Numbered from the stretch's first letter, positions 25,794 to 35,515 are shown. The stretch is DNA of 64,000 nt from an uncultured bacterium (GCA_964569185.1 CAZMTP010000002.1:1227-65226); one strand, 5' to 3'. Numbers and translations: made by a program. Notes: a model not told the origin generated them from the letters alone.

Positions 25794-26564
25794 ATGAAAG
25801 GGCCTTCCTATGTAGACACTCATGCACACCTGACTGCTCAAGAGGGCTCTTTAGAGCTGGATAAGATAGTGACCCGTGCAAAAGCAGTGGGAGTGCAGAA
25901 AATTGTTAATATCTGTACAGATGAAATCTCCCTTAAAGAAGGCTTAAAAATAGGAAAGCAGTTCCCCTGGATTTACAATACTGCAGCGACAACGCCTCAT
26001 GATGTGGAAAAAGAAGGGGAATCGTTTTTTCCGCATGTAAAAGAAGCAGCAGAAAAAAAAGAGCTTGTTGCCATTGGAGAAACAGGACTAGATTATCACT
26101 ATCAGCATTCTCCTAAAGCGCTCCAGCAAAAATTTTTAAGCCGCTATTTTGAATTGGCACTACAAGTGAAACTGCCACTTATTTTTCATTGTAGAGATGC
26201 ATTTTCTGATCTTTTTTCAATGGCGGACGAAGGATATCAAGGAGCTGCGGTGTTGCACTGTTTTACGGGAACCCTTCCAGAAGCGCGCGCTGTATTGGAC
26301 CGCGGCTGGTATATTTCTTTTAGCGGCATTATCACATTTAAAAAGTCAGAAGCATTGCAACAGATTGTGAAATTTGCGCCACTGGATCGTATTTTTATTG
26401 AAACGGATGCCCCTTATCTTGCTCCACAAAGTAAAAGAGGTAAGCCCAATGAGCCAGCTTACATTGTCGAGGTTTATGAAATGGTGGCAGCTTTAAAGCA
26501 GATAGACTTGCAGACAGTGGCCAAACAGGTGTTAAAAAATGCTAGTGCATTTTTCCATTTTTAG
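25794..26564 (+). CDS. tatD: TatD-family metal-dependent hydrolase/DNase
   Basis: YVDTHAHL, AIGETGLDYHY, IFHCRDA and ETDAPYLAP motifs. Confidence 0.85.
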   Translation: MKGPSYVDTHAHLTAQEGSLELDKIVTRAKAVGVQKIVNICTDEISLKEGLKIGKQFPWIYNTAATTPHDVEKEGESFFPHVKEAAEKKELVAIGETGLDYHYQHSPKALQQKFLSRYFELALQVKLPLIFHCRDAFSDLFSMADEGYQGAAVLHCFTGTLPEARAVLDRGWYISFSGIITFKKSEALQQIVKFAPLDRIFIETDAPYLAPQSKRGKPNEPAYIVEVYEMVAALKQIDLQTVAKQVLKNASAFFHF

Positions 26565-26584
26565 GGTAACGTTGAGTTTCTATT

Positions 26585-27580
26585 ATGTCGACCGCCACTA
26601 GTTTGCCCTCTGCCTTTGTTTGGAGACGGCTCCACTCTTTGATGGGGCTCTGGCTGGTTCTTTTTTTAATAGAGCATCTTCTTGTTAACTCGCAGGCAGC
26701 GCTTCTTTTAGGTGATAGCGGTAAGGGATTTGTGGAAATGGTCAATGGCATCCATAATCTTCCCTACCTACAGGTGATTGAGATCACTCTTCTCGGTGTC
26801 CCCATATTAATTCATTCTCTTTGGGGAATTAAATATCTGCTGACAGGAAAATTTAATTCTTCAAAAACAGATGGCAGTGCCCCTTCTCTCAATTATGGGC
26901 GCAACCATGCCTATACCTGGCAGCGCATCACCTCTTGGATACTACTGGTGCTTTTAACATTTCACATTGTGAAGTTCCGCTTTGTGGATTATCCCGATTC
27001 AGTTTCTATGGGGACAAAAAATAGCTATTTTGCCCCTGTTTCTGTAGATAATGGGCTTTATACGGTGGCGGAGCGTATTGGAGCGAAGATTTACTCTGTG
27101 GATGAAATTGAAAAAATGCGTTTGGACGTGGAGGCACGTGCTGAAGAATCACAGCTACTCGAAGTGGCAGAAGGGTTAAAAGAAACAGCTGTAGATCATT
27201 ATGATGAGCAAAAGAAAATTGTGCTCGATTCTGCTCAAAGTTTAGAAGAACAACTGCGCTTTTCTAGAGCCCTTGCGCATAAAGGGTTAAAATCGGACGA
27301 GGTGATGGCGGTCGCCGATAATTTTGCCACTATTTCCTTGCTCCTTGTGCGCGATACGTTTAAATATCCGGTTTACATTGCCATCTACACGGTGTTTGTT
27401 TTAGCGACCTGCTTCCATGCTTTCAATGGTTTTTGGACTTTTTTAATTACATGGGGTTGGATTCTAAAAATGTCTTCTCAAAGAACAATGGTAAAAGTGT
27501 CTTGGGGAATCATGCTCATCATCGCCTTTTTAGGACTGATTGCAGTCTGGGGCACTTATTGGCTTAATTTGAAATATTGA
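26585..27580 (+). CDS. sdhC: Succinate dehydrogenase cytochrome b subunit (dihaem, 5-TM type) with a long soluble insertion
   Basis: Five hydrophobic helices with His in TM1, 2, 3 and 4. Immediately upstream of sdhA. Confidence 0.75.
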   Translation: MSTATSLPSAFVWRRLHSLMGLWLVLFLIEHLLVNSQAALLLGDSGKGFVEMVNGIHNLPYLQVIEITLLGVPILIHSLWGIKYLLTGKFNSSKTDGSAPSLNYGRNHAYTWQRITSWILLVLLTFHIVKFRFVDYPDSVSMGTKNSYFAPVSVDNGLYTVAERIGAKIYSVDEIEKMRLDVEARAEESQLLEVAEGLKETAVDHYDEQKKIVLDSAQSLEEQLRFSRALAHKGLKSDEVMAVADNFATISLLLVRDTFKYPVYIAIYTVFVLATCFHAFNGFWTFLITWGWILKMSSQRTMVKVSWGIMLIIAFLGLIAVWGTYWLNLKY

Positions 27581-27587
27581 AGTGATC

Positions 27588-29480
27588 ATGGCGAAAAAAG
27601 AAAAAAAAGAGGTGATCGTTGTCGGTGGAGGACTCGCCGGACTTTCAGCCGCAATGAAATTAGCAGAGAAAGGCTGTCATGTGAAGCTGATCTCAGTCAC
27701 TAAGGTCAAACGGTCCCATTCTGTCTGTGCGCAAGGGGGTATTAACGCGGCCCTTAATTTAAAAGCAGAGGACGATTCCCCTATTATTCATGCCTATGAC
27801 ACGATCAAAGGGGGTGATTTTTTAGCCGATCAGCCTCCCATACTCGAAATGTGTCTAGCTGCTCCAGGTATTATACGTATGATGGACCGCTTTGGCTGTC
27901 CTTTTAATCGCACGCTAGAAGGAAACATAGATGTGCGCCGCTTTGGTGGGACTCTTTATTACCGCACTGCATTTTGTGGCGCCTCGACAGGGCAGCAGCT
28001 TCTCTATGCACTGGATGAGCAGGTGCGCCGCTATGAAGTTAAAGGTCGCGTAGAAAAATTTGAAAATCATGAGTTCATGCGCCTGGTGATCGATTCCGAA
28101 GGGAGAGCGCGCGGGATTGTGGTCATGGACCTGATCAACATGAAATTGGAAATTTTCAAAGCCGATTGCGTGGTATTTGGTACGGGCGGGCCAGGGATGA
28201 TTTTTAAATATTCAACCAACTCCACATTCTGTACAGGAGCTGCCAATGGACGGCTCTATATGCAAGGAATGAAATATGCCAATGGAGAATTTATTCAGGT
28301 CCATCCGACAGCGATTCCTGGAGATGATAAATTACGACTGATTTCTGAATCGGTGCGCGGAGAGGGTGGCAGAATTTGGGTTTATGGAAATGCATCTAAG
28401 ACTATCAAAACACCAGAAGGGAAAACTGTTCCTTGCGGTAAAACAGGCGAACCTTGGTATTTCTTAGAGGAGCTCTATCCCATCTATGGCAATCTGGTCC
28501 CTAGAGATATTGGCTCGCGGCTAGTGTTAGAAATATGTGAAATGGGATTAGGAATCGATGGAAAAAATCAGGTCTATCTAGATGTGACAGAACTTCCCAA
28601 GGAAAAATTACATAAGTTGGAGTCTGTTTTAGACATTTATCGCAAATTTACTGGAGAAGATCCGCGCAAAGTGCCGATGAAAATTTTTCCAGCAGTCCAC
28701 TATTCTATGGGAGGTGCTTGGGTCGATTGGCCTGCTGCCAATGACAAAGACCGAATGGCGCGCTATCGTCAGATGACTAATATCCCGGGCTGTTTCAATG
28801 TGGGCGAGTCTGAATTTCAATTTCATGGGGCCAATCGACTTGGGGCAAATGCTCTACTTGCCTGTATTTATGCTGGGCTAGTAGCGGGAGTGGAAGTGCC
28901 CCGTTATCTCTCTAATCTTGAAAAAACTTATGAGGAGTTTCCCAGTCAGATATTCACTGAAGCGCTCGCTAAAGAAGAAGAGCTCAAACAAGATCTGCTC
29001 GCCCGCAATGGCAAAGAAAATATCCATGCATTGCATGATGAAATGGCCGATTGGATGATCCGCAATGTGACAGTCAAACGCAACAATGCAGATTTAAAAA
29101 AGACGCTAGACAAACTCAAAGAGCTGAGAGAACGGTACCAGAAGATCTCTTTAGACGATCGAGGCACTCTTCTAAACCAGACCTATGCATTTGCCAATCA
29201 ATTTGGTCCAATGCTGGAGCTGGCGCTTGTAATGACAAAAGGGGCTTTGTTACGTGATGAGTTTAGAGGGGCTCATTTTAAACCAGAATTTCCTAAGCGT
29301 GATGATGAACATTGGCTAAAGACCACTATTGCCACCTATGGTCCAGAAGAGCCGGTCATCAGTTATGTCCCCGTGGATACACGCCATTTAAAACCGGTGC
29401 CGCGCGATTATGTTCATGTAAAAAAAGAAAAACCGACTTTGGAAAATATTCCTGCGAATATTGTGTTACCTTTATACTGA
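27588..29480 (+). CDS. sdhA: Succinate dehydrogenase flavoprotein subunit
   Basis: VIVVGGGLAGLSAA FAD fold, RSHSVCAQGGINAA (covalent FAD His), HPTA and HYSMGG. Confidence 0.95.
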   Translation: MAKKEKKEVIVVGGGLAGLSAAMKLAEKGCHVKLISVTKVKRSHSVCAQGGINAALNLKAEDDSPIIHAYDTIKGGDFLADQPPILEMCLAAPGIIRMMDRFGCPFNRTLEGNIDVRRFGGTLYYRTAFCGASTGQQLLYALDEQVRRYEVKGRVEKFENHEFMRLVIDSEGRARGIVVMDLINMKLEIFKADCVVFGTGGPGMIFKYSTNSTFCTGAANGRLYMQGMKYANGEFIQVHPTAIPGDDKLRLISESVRGEGGRIWVYGNASKTIKTPEGKTVPCGKTGEPWYFLEELYPIYGNLVPRDIGSRLVLEICEMGLGIDGKNQVYLDVTELPKEKLHKLESVLDIYRKFTGEDPRKVPMKIFPAVHYSMGGAWVDWPAANDKDRMARYRQMTNIPGCFNVGESEFQFHGANRLGANALLACIYAGLVAGVEVPRYLSNLEKTYEEFPSQIFTEALAKEEELKQDLLARNGKENIHALHDEMADWMIRNVTVKRNNADLKKTLDKLKELRERYQKISLDDRGTLLNQTYAFANQFGPMLELALVMTKGALLRDEFRGAHFKPEFPKRDDEHWLKTTIATYGPEEPVISYVPVDTRHLKPVPRDYVHVKKEKPTLENIPANIVLPLY

Positions 29481-29485
29481 AAAAT

Positions 29486-30256
29486 ATGGGTAAAAGTTTT
29501 ACGCTTCGAGTGTTTCGTGGAACTCCAGGAAAGCAGTATTGGGAAGAGTTTGAGCTTTCCATCCGCCCTTTTATGAATGTCACTTCAGCATTAATGGAGA
29601 TTCAGAAAAATCCAATTAACAAAAAAAAGAAAAAGGTGACTCCGATCGCGTGGGAGCAGGGCTGTTTGGAAGAGGTATGTGGTTCCTGTTCGATTCTTGT
29701 GAATGGCCGCCCGATGCAAGCCTGTACTGTGTTGATTGAGCAGACACTCAAAGCGCTTGGTAGTGATACGCTAATTATTGCACCTTTTACTAAATATCCA
29801 CTGATTCGAGATCTTGTTGTAGACCGTACAGAGATGTTTGATGCATTAAAAAAGGTGCATGCATGGATCGATGCAGATGATGCCCTAGATCGTGGATTTG
29901 GACCAAAAATTAGTCCCGATGTGGCAGAGGCTCGCTATGTACTTTCAACCTGCATGACCTGTGGCTGCTGTATGGAAGCTTGTCCCCAAATCAACCCCCG
30001 CTCCAAATTTATTGGCCCTGCACCCATTTCCCAAGTGCGCCTATTTAATTCTCATCCAGTAGGAAAATTGGCAGAATCTGAAAGGTTGCAGCCGCTGATG
30101 GAAGAAGGCGGTGTGACCGATTGCGGAAATGCACAAAACTGTGCGGCAGTCTGTCCTAAAAATATTCCTCTTACAGAATCGATCGCCCTAATGGGTCGAA
30201 AAGTGGTCAAAGAAGGACTAAAAACGCTCTTTAGTCTTCCCGATGCTGAAATCTAA
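29486..30256 (+). CDS. sdhB: Succinate dehydrogenase iron-sulfur subunit
   Basis: Start at MGKSFTLRVF; the track ORF extension overlaps sdhA. Cys clusters CLEEVCGSC...C, CMTCGCCMEAC and CGNAQNCAAVCP. Confidence 0.9.
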   Translation: MGKSFTLRVFRGTPGKQYWEEFELSIRPFMNVTSALMEIQKNPINKKKKKVTPIAWEQGCLEEVCGSCSILVNGRPMQACTVLIEQTLKALGSDTLIIAPFTKYPLIRDLVVDRTEMFDALKKVHAWIDADDALDRGFGPKISPDVAEARYVLSTCMTCGCCMEACPQINPRSKFIGPAPISQVRLFNSHPVGKLAESERLQPLMEEGGVTDCGNAQNCAAVCPKNIPLTESIALMGRKVVKEGLKTLFSLPDAEI

Positions 30257-31708
30257 TTTATTTTCAAATGTCGGAGAAGCACTATATTTTTGATTGCAGC
30301 TATTGGGTTTTTCAGGATTTGTCAAAAATAATAGCTGGTTAACTAAAAGTGGCTTTAAATAATTTTTGTAAAAAGATTCTCGATGTTTTAACTTCAGCAT
30401 ATTCATAATTTCTTTCGCAGATTTCGGTGTAACACAGAATTGTAAGATTTTATCTTGTCCGGTAACTTGTCCGGTAACTTGTCCGGTAACTTGTCCGATC
30501 ATCTCCTTTAATGTCATCGGAGCTGCTTGGAACACAGCGCTTGGTAAAAAAGTGACTACCACTGTATCTGGCTGTTCTTCCCAGTAAGGAGATGGATTAT
30601 GATTTTCTTTGCACCAATCAATAATATTTAAAGTCCCTGTTCCCCAACTCTCTATAATACCCGAACGATAAAAAACTTCGGCAATAATTGGATTCCAAGG
30701 GCGAGAGGCATGAGAACGAGTGAGATGGTCTGGTGTCAAACCGAAATGGAAACGACCTGGATTAGTGATTTCCAAATGATCATCATACATAGCAATGGCA
30801 AGCGCACCGCCGGCGACGGCATAATCTCTGTGGCAAATTGCATTGGCAATGGCTTCTCTTATAGCCAGTGGCGGGTATTTGGGAAAATCTTCTCTTATCA
30901 TTTTTCCAGCAATGACATGACCAGCTATTGGCATATGATCTAACAAAAAAGACTCTCCTCTACGCAGAAGATCAAAGGCATGGCCAGCATAAATTCTGTT
31001 ATCTAGAAAATCAGATAAGCGGTCTTTGCCTCTAAATCGGGCCAATTTAATGGAAAATTGTGGAAACAACAGGCGAACTTTGTCTGTTTTTCCGAATAAT
31101 GCAAGTGCAGCATTGAGCAATTTACCTTCATGGATTAATTTAAACCCTGTCAGAATAGATTCTATTGTGACATGAGACGGTTTTTCTATACGGCCTTTTT
31201 GAACTGCATTGGCTAAAGTTCTATGAATTTCTTCTTCATCAAGATCATGTAGAGTAATTCCTTCTGGAACTGGATGATTTTCCCAACGGCGAGTTGCATG
31301 AAATTTTTCAATCAATCGCTGCTCGTATTCATATCTTGGCATGATTTGCGTGCTTGCACTGTAGCGTAAATAAACACGGCCATCATAAGCATAAATGCCA
31401 CTTTTCCCAGTAACTCTTATCACAATGACTTTTTTTTCCTCTTTTATTGGGACTAGCTCTATTTCTGGAAAGGCTGGGGGGTCAATGCGACGAAATTCCG
31501 CTGCAATGTCTTCAAGAGTTTTATTAGAAACTTGTTGTCCAATAATCTCGCCTTTATCTGATACGCCAAAGATAACAAATCCTCCAAGACCATTAAGCAT
31601 AGCAGTCACAGTTTTTGCTGCTTCTGTTCTTTGTCCTGTTGTTTTTTTAAATTCTATATCTTCAGATTCGCCTTTAGAGACTAGTTTTCTCAATTCTTTT
31701 AATTGCAT
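30218..31708 (-). CDS. AlbA_2 (Schlafen-like) / HATPase_c_4 / winged-HTH putative transcriptional regulator (RecG-C-like family)
   Basis: N-terminal ESEDIEFKK...LNGLGGFVIFGVSDKGEIIGQ. Middle AIREAIANAICHRDY. C-terminal PEKPNSCNQKY wHTH tail. Convergent 39-nt overlap with sdhB. Confidence 0.75.
   Translation of the reverse strand: MQLKELRKLVSKGESEDIEFKKTTGQRTEAAKTVTAMLNGLGGFVIFGVSDKGEIIGQQVSNKTLEDIAAEFRRIDPPAFPEIELVPIKEEKKVIVIRVTGKSGIYAYDGRVYLRYSASTQIMPRYEYEQRLIEKFHATRRWENHPVPEGITLHDLDEEEIHRTLANAVQKGRIEKPSHVTIESILTGFKLIHEGKLLNAALALFGKTDKVRLLFPQFSIKLARFRGKDRLSDFLDNRIYAGHAFDLLRRGESFLLDHMPIAGHVIAGKMIREDFPKYPPLAIREAIANAICHRDYAVAGGALAIAMYDDHLEITNPGRFHFGLTPDHLTRSHASRPWNPIIAEVFYRSGIIESWGTGTLNIIDWCKENHNPSPYWEEQPDTVVVTFLPSAVFQAAPMTLKEMIGQVTGQVTGQVTGQDKILQFCVTPKSAKEIMNMLKLKHRESFYKNYLKPLLVNQLLFLTNPEKPNSCNQKYSASPTFENKLDFSIGKTKERF
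30454..30497. repeat. 12-bp tandem repeat (CTTGTCCGGTAA x3.7), in frame
   Basis: Read directly from the sequence. It encodes GQVTGQVTGQVTGQ in the linker of the 30218-31708 protein. Confidence 0.95.
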
Positions 31709-31740
31709 AGCGTCGCTATTTTACTAAAGATCGAAAAAAA

Positions 31741-34700
31741 TTAAAGAATTTGTTCTCTTGTTTCGCCTTCGCGCTGTCCTAAATTGCCATAACGATGATA
31801 GTCGATACTGACCGCGCGTTCGCCTAGGAAATTTAATAATTCAAAGCGGCCATTGGCTAAAACAGGGGCAGTGGAAAGATAACATCCGATAGGGGCTGCC
31901 GCTTCTCTAACAGATGAGGAAGGTTGGGAAAGAAACCGGACCCGCACATAGTCTCCTTTTTTGATATGCTCCACAAATTCTTTTTCAGTTTCATTGAGAA
32001 AAGTAAATGCAGGCATCATTTTTTTCCAGTGAGGCCCAATCGACACAGGACACTGTTTGGCATCATAGCTGACTTTAAGTTTGACCTGGCAGGAGAGCGC
32101 TGCTGCCAAAAGGCGAAAAATATCTAATGGATCATCCTCTTTTTGGAGGCGAAGAGCGCTATGTGGCTGGGGATAATAACGCAAAAAATTATCTTGGCCG
32201 ATGACTTTTGAAGGGTCATGGTCATGAGAAAATTTAGAAGCCCAATAAGCATAACTGGAAATGCTGGCATACCAGATTCCCAATTTCTCAGTGGAGATAT
32301 CGATTTTTTGGATAAGAGAGGTCAGCTGGTTGACCTCTTCTTTTACAGGATGTTTTTCGCGTGGCAGGTCCACCTGTGTGGCGCGCATAAATTCTGAAAC
32401 GTAGTTGGGCCCGCCCGCCTTAGATCCGCGTCCGAAACTACTGGCTTTGCAACCGCCAAAGGGTTGCCTTCTGACAATGGCTCCTGTTGTTCCTCGGTTG
32501 ACATAAAGATTTCCTGCTTCTATCCGTTGGAGCCATTTTTTTTGTTCCCGTTCATCTAAAGAATGGATGCCCGCAGTAAGTCCATAGGGAGTGCCATTAG
32601 CCAGTCTCAAGGCATGGTCTAAATTTTTAGCGCGCATCACACCTAACACAGGGCCAAAAAGTTCTGTTTGATGGGTAAAACTCCCTTCTTTGACTCCCCA
32701 TTTCACCCCAGGGGACCAAAGTTGTGGATTATGCGGGTCCTGTTTTGGTTTTACAAGCCAAGTCTCTCCAGAGTCTAGTGTGGTTAGACCGCGCAATAGT
32801 ACTTCATTGGGGTCATGGATTAGAGGGATCACCTTGCTCGATAGCTGCCAAGGCGTTCCTACGGGTAAACTTTCTACGGCATCTTTAAACTGTTTTTTGA
32901 AATGGGGATCGTCATATACTTCCGCTTCTAAAATGGCCAAGCTAGCAGCACTACACTTCTGTCCTGAATGGCCGAAAGCGGATTGAATCAGATCTTTGAT
33001 GGCAAGATCTCGATCTGACATACCGGTGATAATCAGCGCATTTTTTCCTCCTGTTTCGGCTGCTAAATCCAAATCATGGCGCAACTTCATAAATAGGCGC
33101 GCCGTCGATGTTCCTCCAGTTAAGATCACTCCATTTAATCTTTTATCAGCAATCAATTTGCTTCCAATCGGTTCATCTTCACAATTAACAAATTGGAGTA
33201 CTTCGCGTGGCACTCCGGCCTCCCAAAATAAATTCACTAAGATCCAACCTGAAAGGATAGCTTCAGGGGCTGGTTTAAAAATCACGCAGTTGCCAGCCAC
33301 AAGCGCAGCCGAAATCCCTCCAGCTGGAATCGAAATAGGAAAATTCCAGGGAGGCGCCACAAGAAGTGTTCCCTTGCTTTTCCATTCAATATCTTTACAT
33401 GCATCCATTTTGAGCATGCTGCGCAAATAATATTCTGCAAAGTCGATCGCTTCCGAGACTTCCGGATCTCCCTCGACGACTGTTTTGCCCCCATCCCGCA
33501 TCATGACACCAATGAGATCGTCTCTTTTTTCCCGCATCTTTTGTGCCACATGGGAAAGCACTTCTGCGCGGGAGTGGGCGCTTTTTCTTGACCAATAAGA
33601 TTGATGTATTTTGGCAACTTCAAGGCACTCGTTGATCTGTTCCCATGTCGCTTGGGAATAGCGATAGAATGGGCCATGAGCAGGATTTGAAGGATCAAAT
33701 CCCTCTCCTGTAGGATTTTTTTCGTGCACTTCCTGTCCATTAATGACAAGTGGGATGGGATCAAATTTTTTATGTTGCCACTTTTTGACTATTTGATGGA
33801 CCCAAGTGTCGTTTTGCAGCAGAGAAAAATCGGTATCAGCCTCATTTTTGAACGCATCGCCCATAGACAAATGTTCAGGGGCCTGCATCCGATCTTGTGT
33901 GCGCCGTGGTTCGGTGCTGATCTGATGCATCTCACGGTAGGCTTTGGTGAAAAGATCCACCTGTTGTTGCCATTCTTTTGTGCCGCTTCTCAGTCCAAAA
34001 CTGTGTCTTAAGAAATTTTCTGCTCCTGTGTTTTCGTCGAGCCTGCGTATTAGATATGCGATCGCGCTTTGAAAATCTTCTTTAGCGGCTACAGGGCAGT
34101 AGAGGAGCATGTCATGTGTCAGTCTTTGGACCACGCGACGAATATGGTCTGCCATTCCTTCTAGCATTTCGAAGTGGATCTCTTTTTCCAAACTATTTTC
34201 GGCGCGCAGAATGATAGCCAGACAGATATCAAATAAATTGTGGCTTGCAATGCCTAGATGCACCGCCTTTGCATGCTCTGGGACGCAGCCATAGTGGACC
34301 ATCTGTTTGTAATTGGCGTCCACTTCATGTTTTGTTTTATAGGGCGCTTGGGGCCAACCGCGCAAGCTGGCTTCAAATTGCTCCATGGCAAGATTAGCTC
34401 CTTTGACAATCCGGATTTTTATCGGTGCGCCCCCTCTTTTCAATCGTTCCATCGCCCATTCAGTCAATTCTTTTTGAATAGGGAAAGAATCGGGCACATA
34501 GGCTTGGAGTACAATGCCCGCAGAATAATTTAAAAATTCCTCTTCATCTAACACTCTTTTGAATAGTTCTTTTGTCAGCTGCAAATCTCGGTATTCTTCC
34601 ATATCCAAATTGACAAATTTTACCCGCTTAATCCCTTCGGGGTTGATATAAAAATGGTCCATGGCTGTACGGTAGAGCTTTTTCAACCGTTCTGAAAGAA

Positions 34701-35364
34701 TGTCGAGCGTTTTTTCCCAGTCCAAAATGTTGATTTGGCTGAAAATCGTGGAAATTTTGATCGAGATGTAATCGATGTCGCTCTGTTTTAAATCATGGAG
34801 GTAAACATTAAGCCTTCTTTCTGCTTCTTGTTCGCTTAAAATTGTTTCTCCCAAATGGTTTAGGTTTAGGCGCACGCCCTCTTTGCGCCTCTGTTTTAAA
34901 TGGTGGGATAATTTGCCTTTTTCCCCGGGCAAAATCACACGAGAGGTAGTGCGCCTTAATGTCCATTTGACAAGGGGGACGAGCAGATAGCACAATGCGC
35001 GTCCAAATAGTTTGAATAGGGTGAGCTGGAACTGTTTGAATTTTGATAGGTATTGAGGTGTTCCGAACTTTTCTAGCAAAAAATGGAGTTGTTCGGCGAT
35101 CCGGGCTGCCCGATGGCTGCGGAAACATTCATCGGTAAAACGCATGGTAAAAATCTTACCCTTCTGATCGTCCATCATCCGTGCCAGTTCCGCCTGGGTC
35201 CGCTTTTCTTCCCCTGTTTGCGTCCGGGTCGCTTCTTGCAATAAAAGATCTGCAAGTTCTATCGCTTTTTTCTCTTTTTCTTCTTTATGGAAAGGCCGAT
35301 TTTTAGCCTGCTTGATGATGGCATGCGCCTCTTGCATCTCTTTAGAGAAATAGTAGTTTACCAT
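31741..35364 (-). CDS. putA: Bifunctional proline dehydrogenase / 1-pyrroline-5-carboxylate dehydrogenase
   Basis: 1207 aa. The N-terminal half is a proline dehydrogenase barrel. The C-terminal half is an aldehyde dehydrogenase (ETGGKNA, FGHSGQKCSA). Confidence 0.95.
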   Translation of the reverse strand: MVNYYFSKEMQEAHAIIKQAKNRPFHKEEKEKKAIELADLLLQEATRTQTGEEKRTQAELARMMDDQKGKIFTMRFTDECFRSHRAARIAEQLHFLLEKFGTPQYLSKFKQFQLTLFKLFGRALCYLLVPLVKWTLRRTTSRVILPGEKGKLSHHLKQRRKEGVRLNLNHLGETILSEQEAERRLNVYLHDLKQSDIDYISIKISTIFSQINILDWEKTLDILSERLKKLYRTAMDHFYINPEGIKRVKFVNLDMEEYRDLQLTKELFKRVLDEEEFLNYSAGIVLQAYVPDSFPIQKELTEWAMERLKRGGAPIKIRIVKGANLAMEQFEASLRGWPQAPYKTKHEVDANYKQMVHYGCVPEHAKAVHLGIASHNLFDICLAIILRAENSLEKEIHFEMLEGMADHIRRVVQRLTHDMLLYCPVAAKEDFQSAIAYLIRRLDENTGAENFLRHSFGLRSGTKEWQQQVDLFTKAYREMHQISTEPRRTQDRMQAPEHLSMGDAFKNEADTDFSLLQNDTWVHQIVKKWQHKKFDPIPLVINGQEVHEKNPTGEGFDPSNPAHGPFYRYSQATWEQINECLEVAKIHQSYWSRKSAHSRAEVLSHVAQKMREKRDDLIGVMMRDGGKTVVEGDPEVSEAIDFAEYYLRSMLKMDACKDIEWKSKGTLLVAPPWNFPISIPAGGISAALVAGNCVIFKPAPEAILSGWILVNLFWEAGVPREVLQFVNCEDEPIGSKLIADKRLNGVILTGGTSTARLFMKLRHDLDLAAETGGKNALIITGMSDRDLAIKDLIQSAFGHSGQKCSAASLAILEAEVYDDPHFKKQFKDAVESLPVGTPWQLSSKVIPLIHDPNEVLLRGLTTLDSGETWLVKPKQDPHNPQLWSPGVKWGVKEGSFTHQTELFGPVLGVMRAKNLDHALRLANGTPYGLTAGIHSLDEREQKKWLQRIEAGNLYVNRGTTGAIVRRQPFGGCKASSFGRGSKAGGPNYVSEFMRATQVDLPREKHPVKEEVNQLTSLIQKIDISTEKLGIWYASISSYAYWASKFSHDHDPSKVIGQDNFLRYYPQPHSALRLQKEDDPLDIFRLLAAALSCQVKLKVSYDAKQCPVSIGPHWKKMMPAFTFLNETEKEFVEHIKKGDYVRVRFLSQPSSSVREAAAPIGCYLSTAPVLANGRFELLNFLGERAVSIDYHRYGNLGQREGETREQIL

Positions 35365-35414
35365 GAAGCTTTGACCTCATTTTACTCATAAGCAAAAAGA
35401 GGGTTTTAAGCAAG

Positions 35415-35441
35415 TTAGCACTTGAATTTTGAGTCTGCTAA
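35415..35441. promoter_or_regulatory. CIRCE-like inverted repeat (HrcA operator candidate)
   Basis: TTAGCACTT-N9-GTCTGCTAA against the consensus TTAGCACTC-N9-GAGTGCTAA, with 3 mismatches. Lies in the putA/groES divergent spacer. Confidence 0.7.
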
Positions 35442-35458
35442 AAATGTATCAAGAAGTA

Positions 35459-35487
35459 TTGACATAATAAATGGAAGTTTCTATACT
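35459..35487 (+). promoter_or_regulatory. Sigma-70/66-type promoter candidate for groES
   Basis: TTGACA (35459-35464), a 17-nt spacer, then TATACT (35482-35487). AAGGAG SD precedes the ATG at 35516. Confidence 0.5.
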
Positions 35488-35515
35488 TTGCCCTTTAAAA
35501 ATCTAAGGAGTACCT

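Noticed and set aside
29312-29485. N-terminal extension of the sdhB ORF overlapping the sdhA 3' end
   Set aside because: The extension is Cys/Arg-rich nonsense in an alternative frame of sdhA. The conserved SdhB N-terminus (MGKSFTLRVFRG) starts at 29486, six nt after the sdhA stop.
29621-29634. A8-G-A5 homopolymeric run inside sdhB, considered as a slippage or phase-variation site
   Set aside because: It encodes a Lys run (NKKKKKV) in a surface loop of an essential housekeeping enzyme, and the frame is intact. AT-rich genomes carry many such runs.
30454-30497. Tandem 12-bp repeat considered as a possible CRISPR or phase-variation switch
   Set aside because: There are no spacers, so it is not CRISPR. 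The unit length is a multiple of three, so copy-number change cannot switch the frame off. It is kept only as a length-polymorphism candidate.
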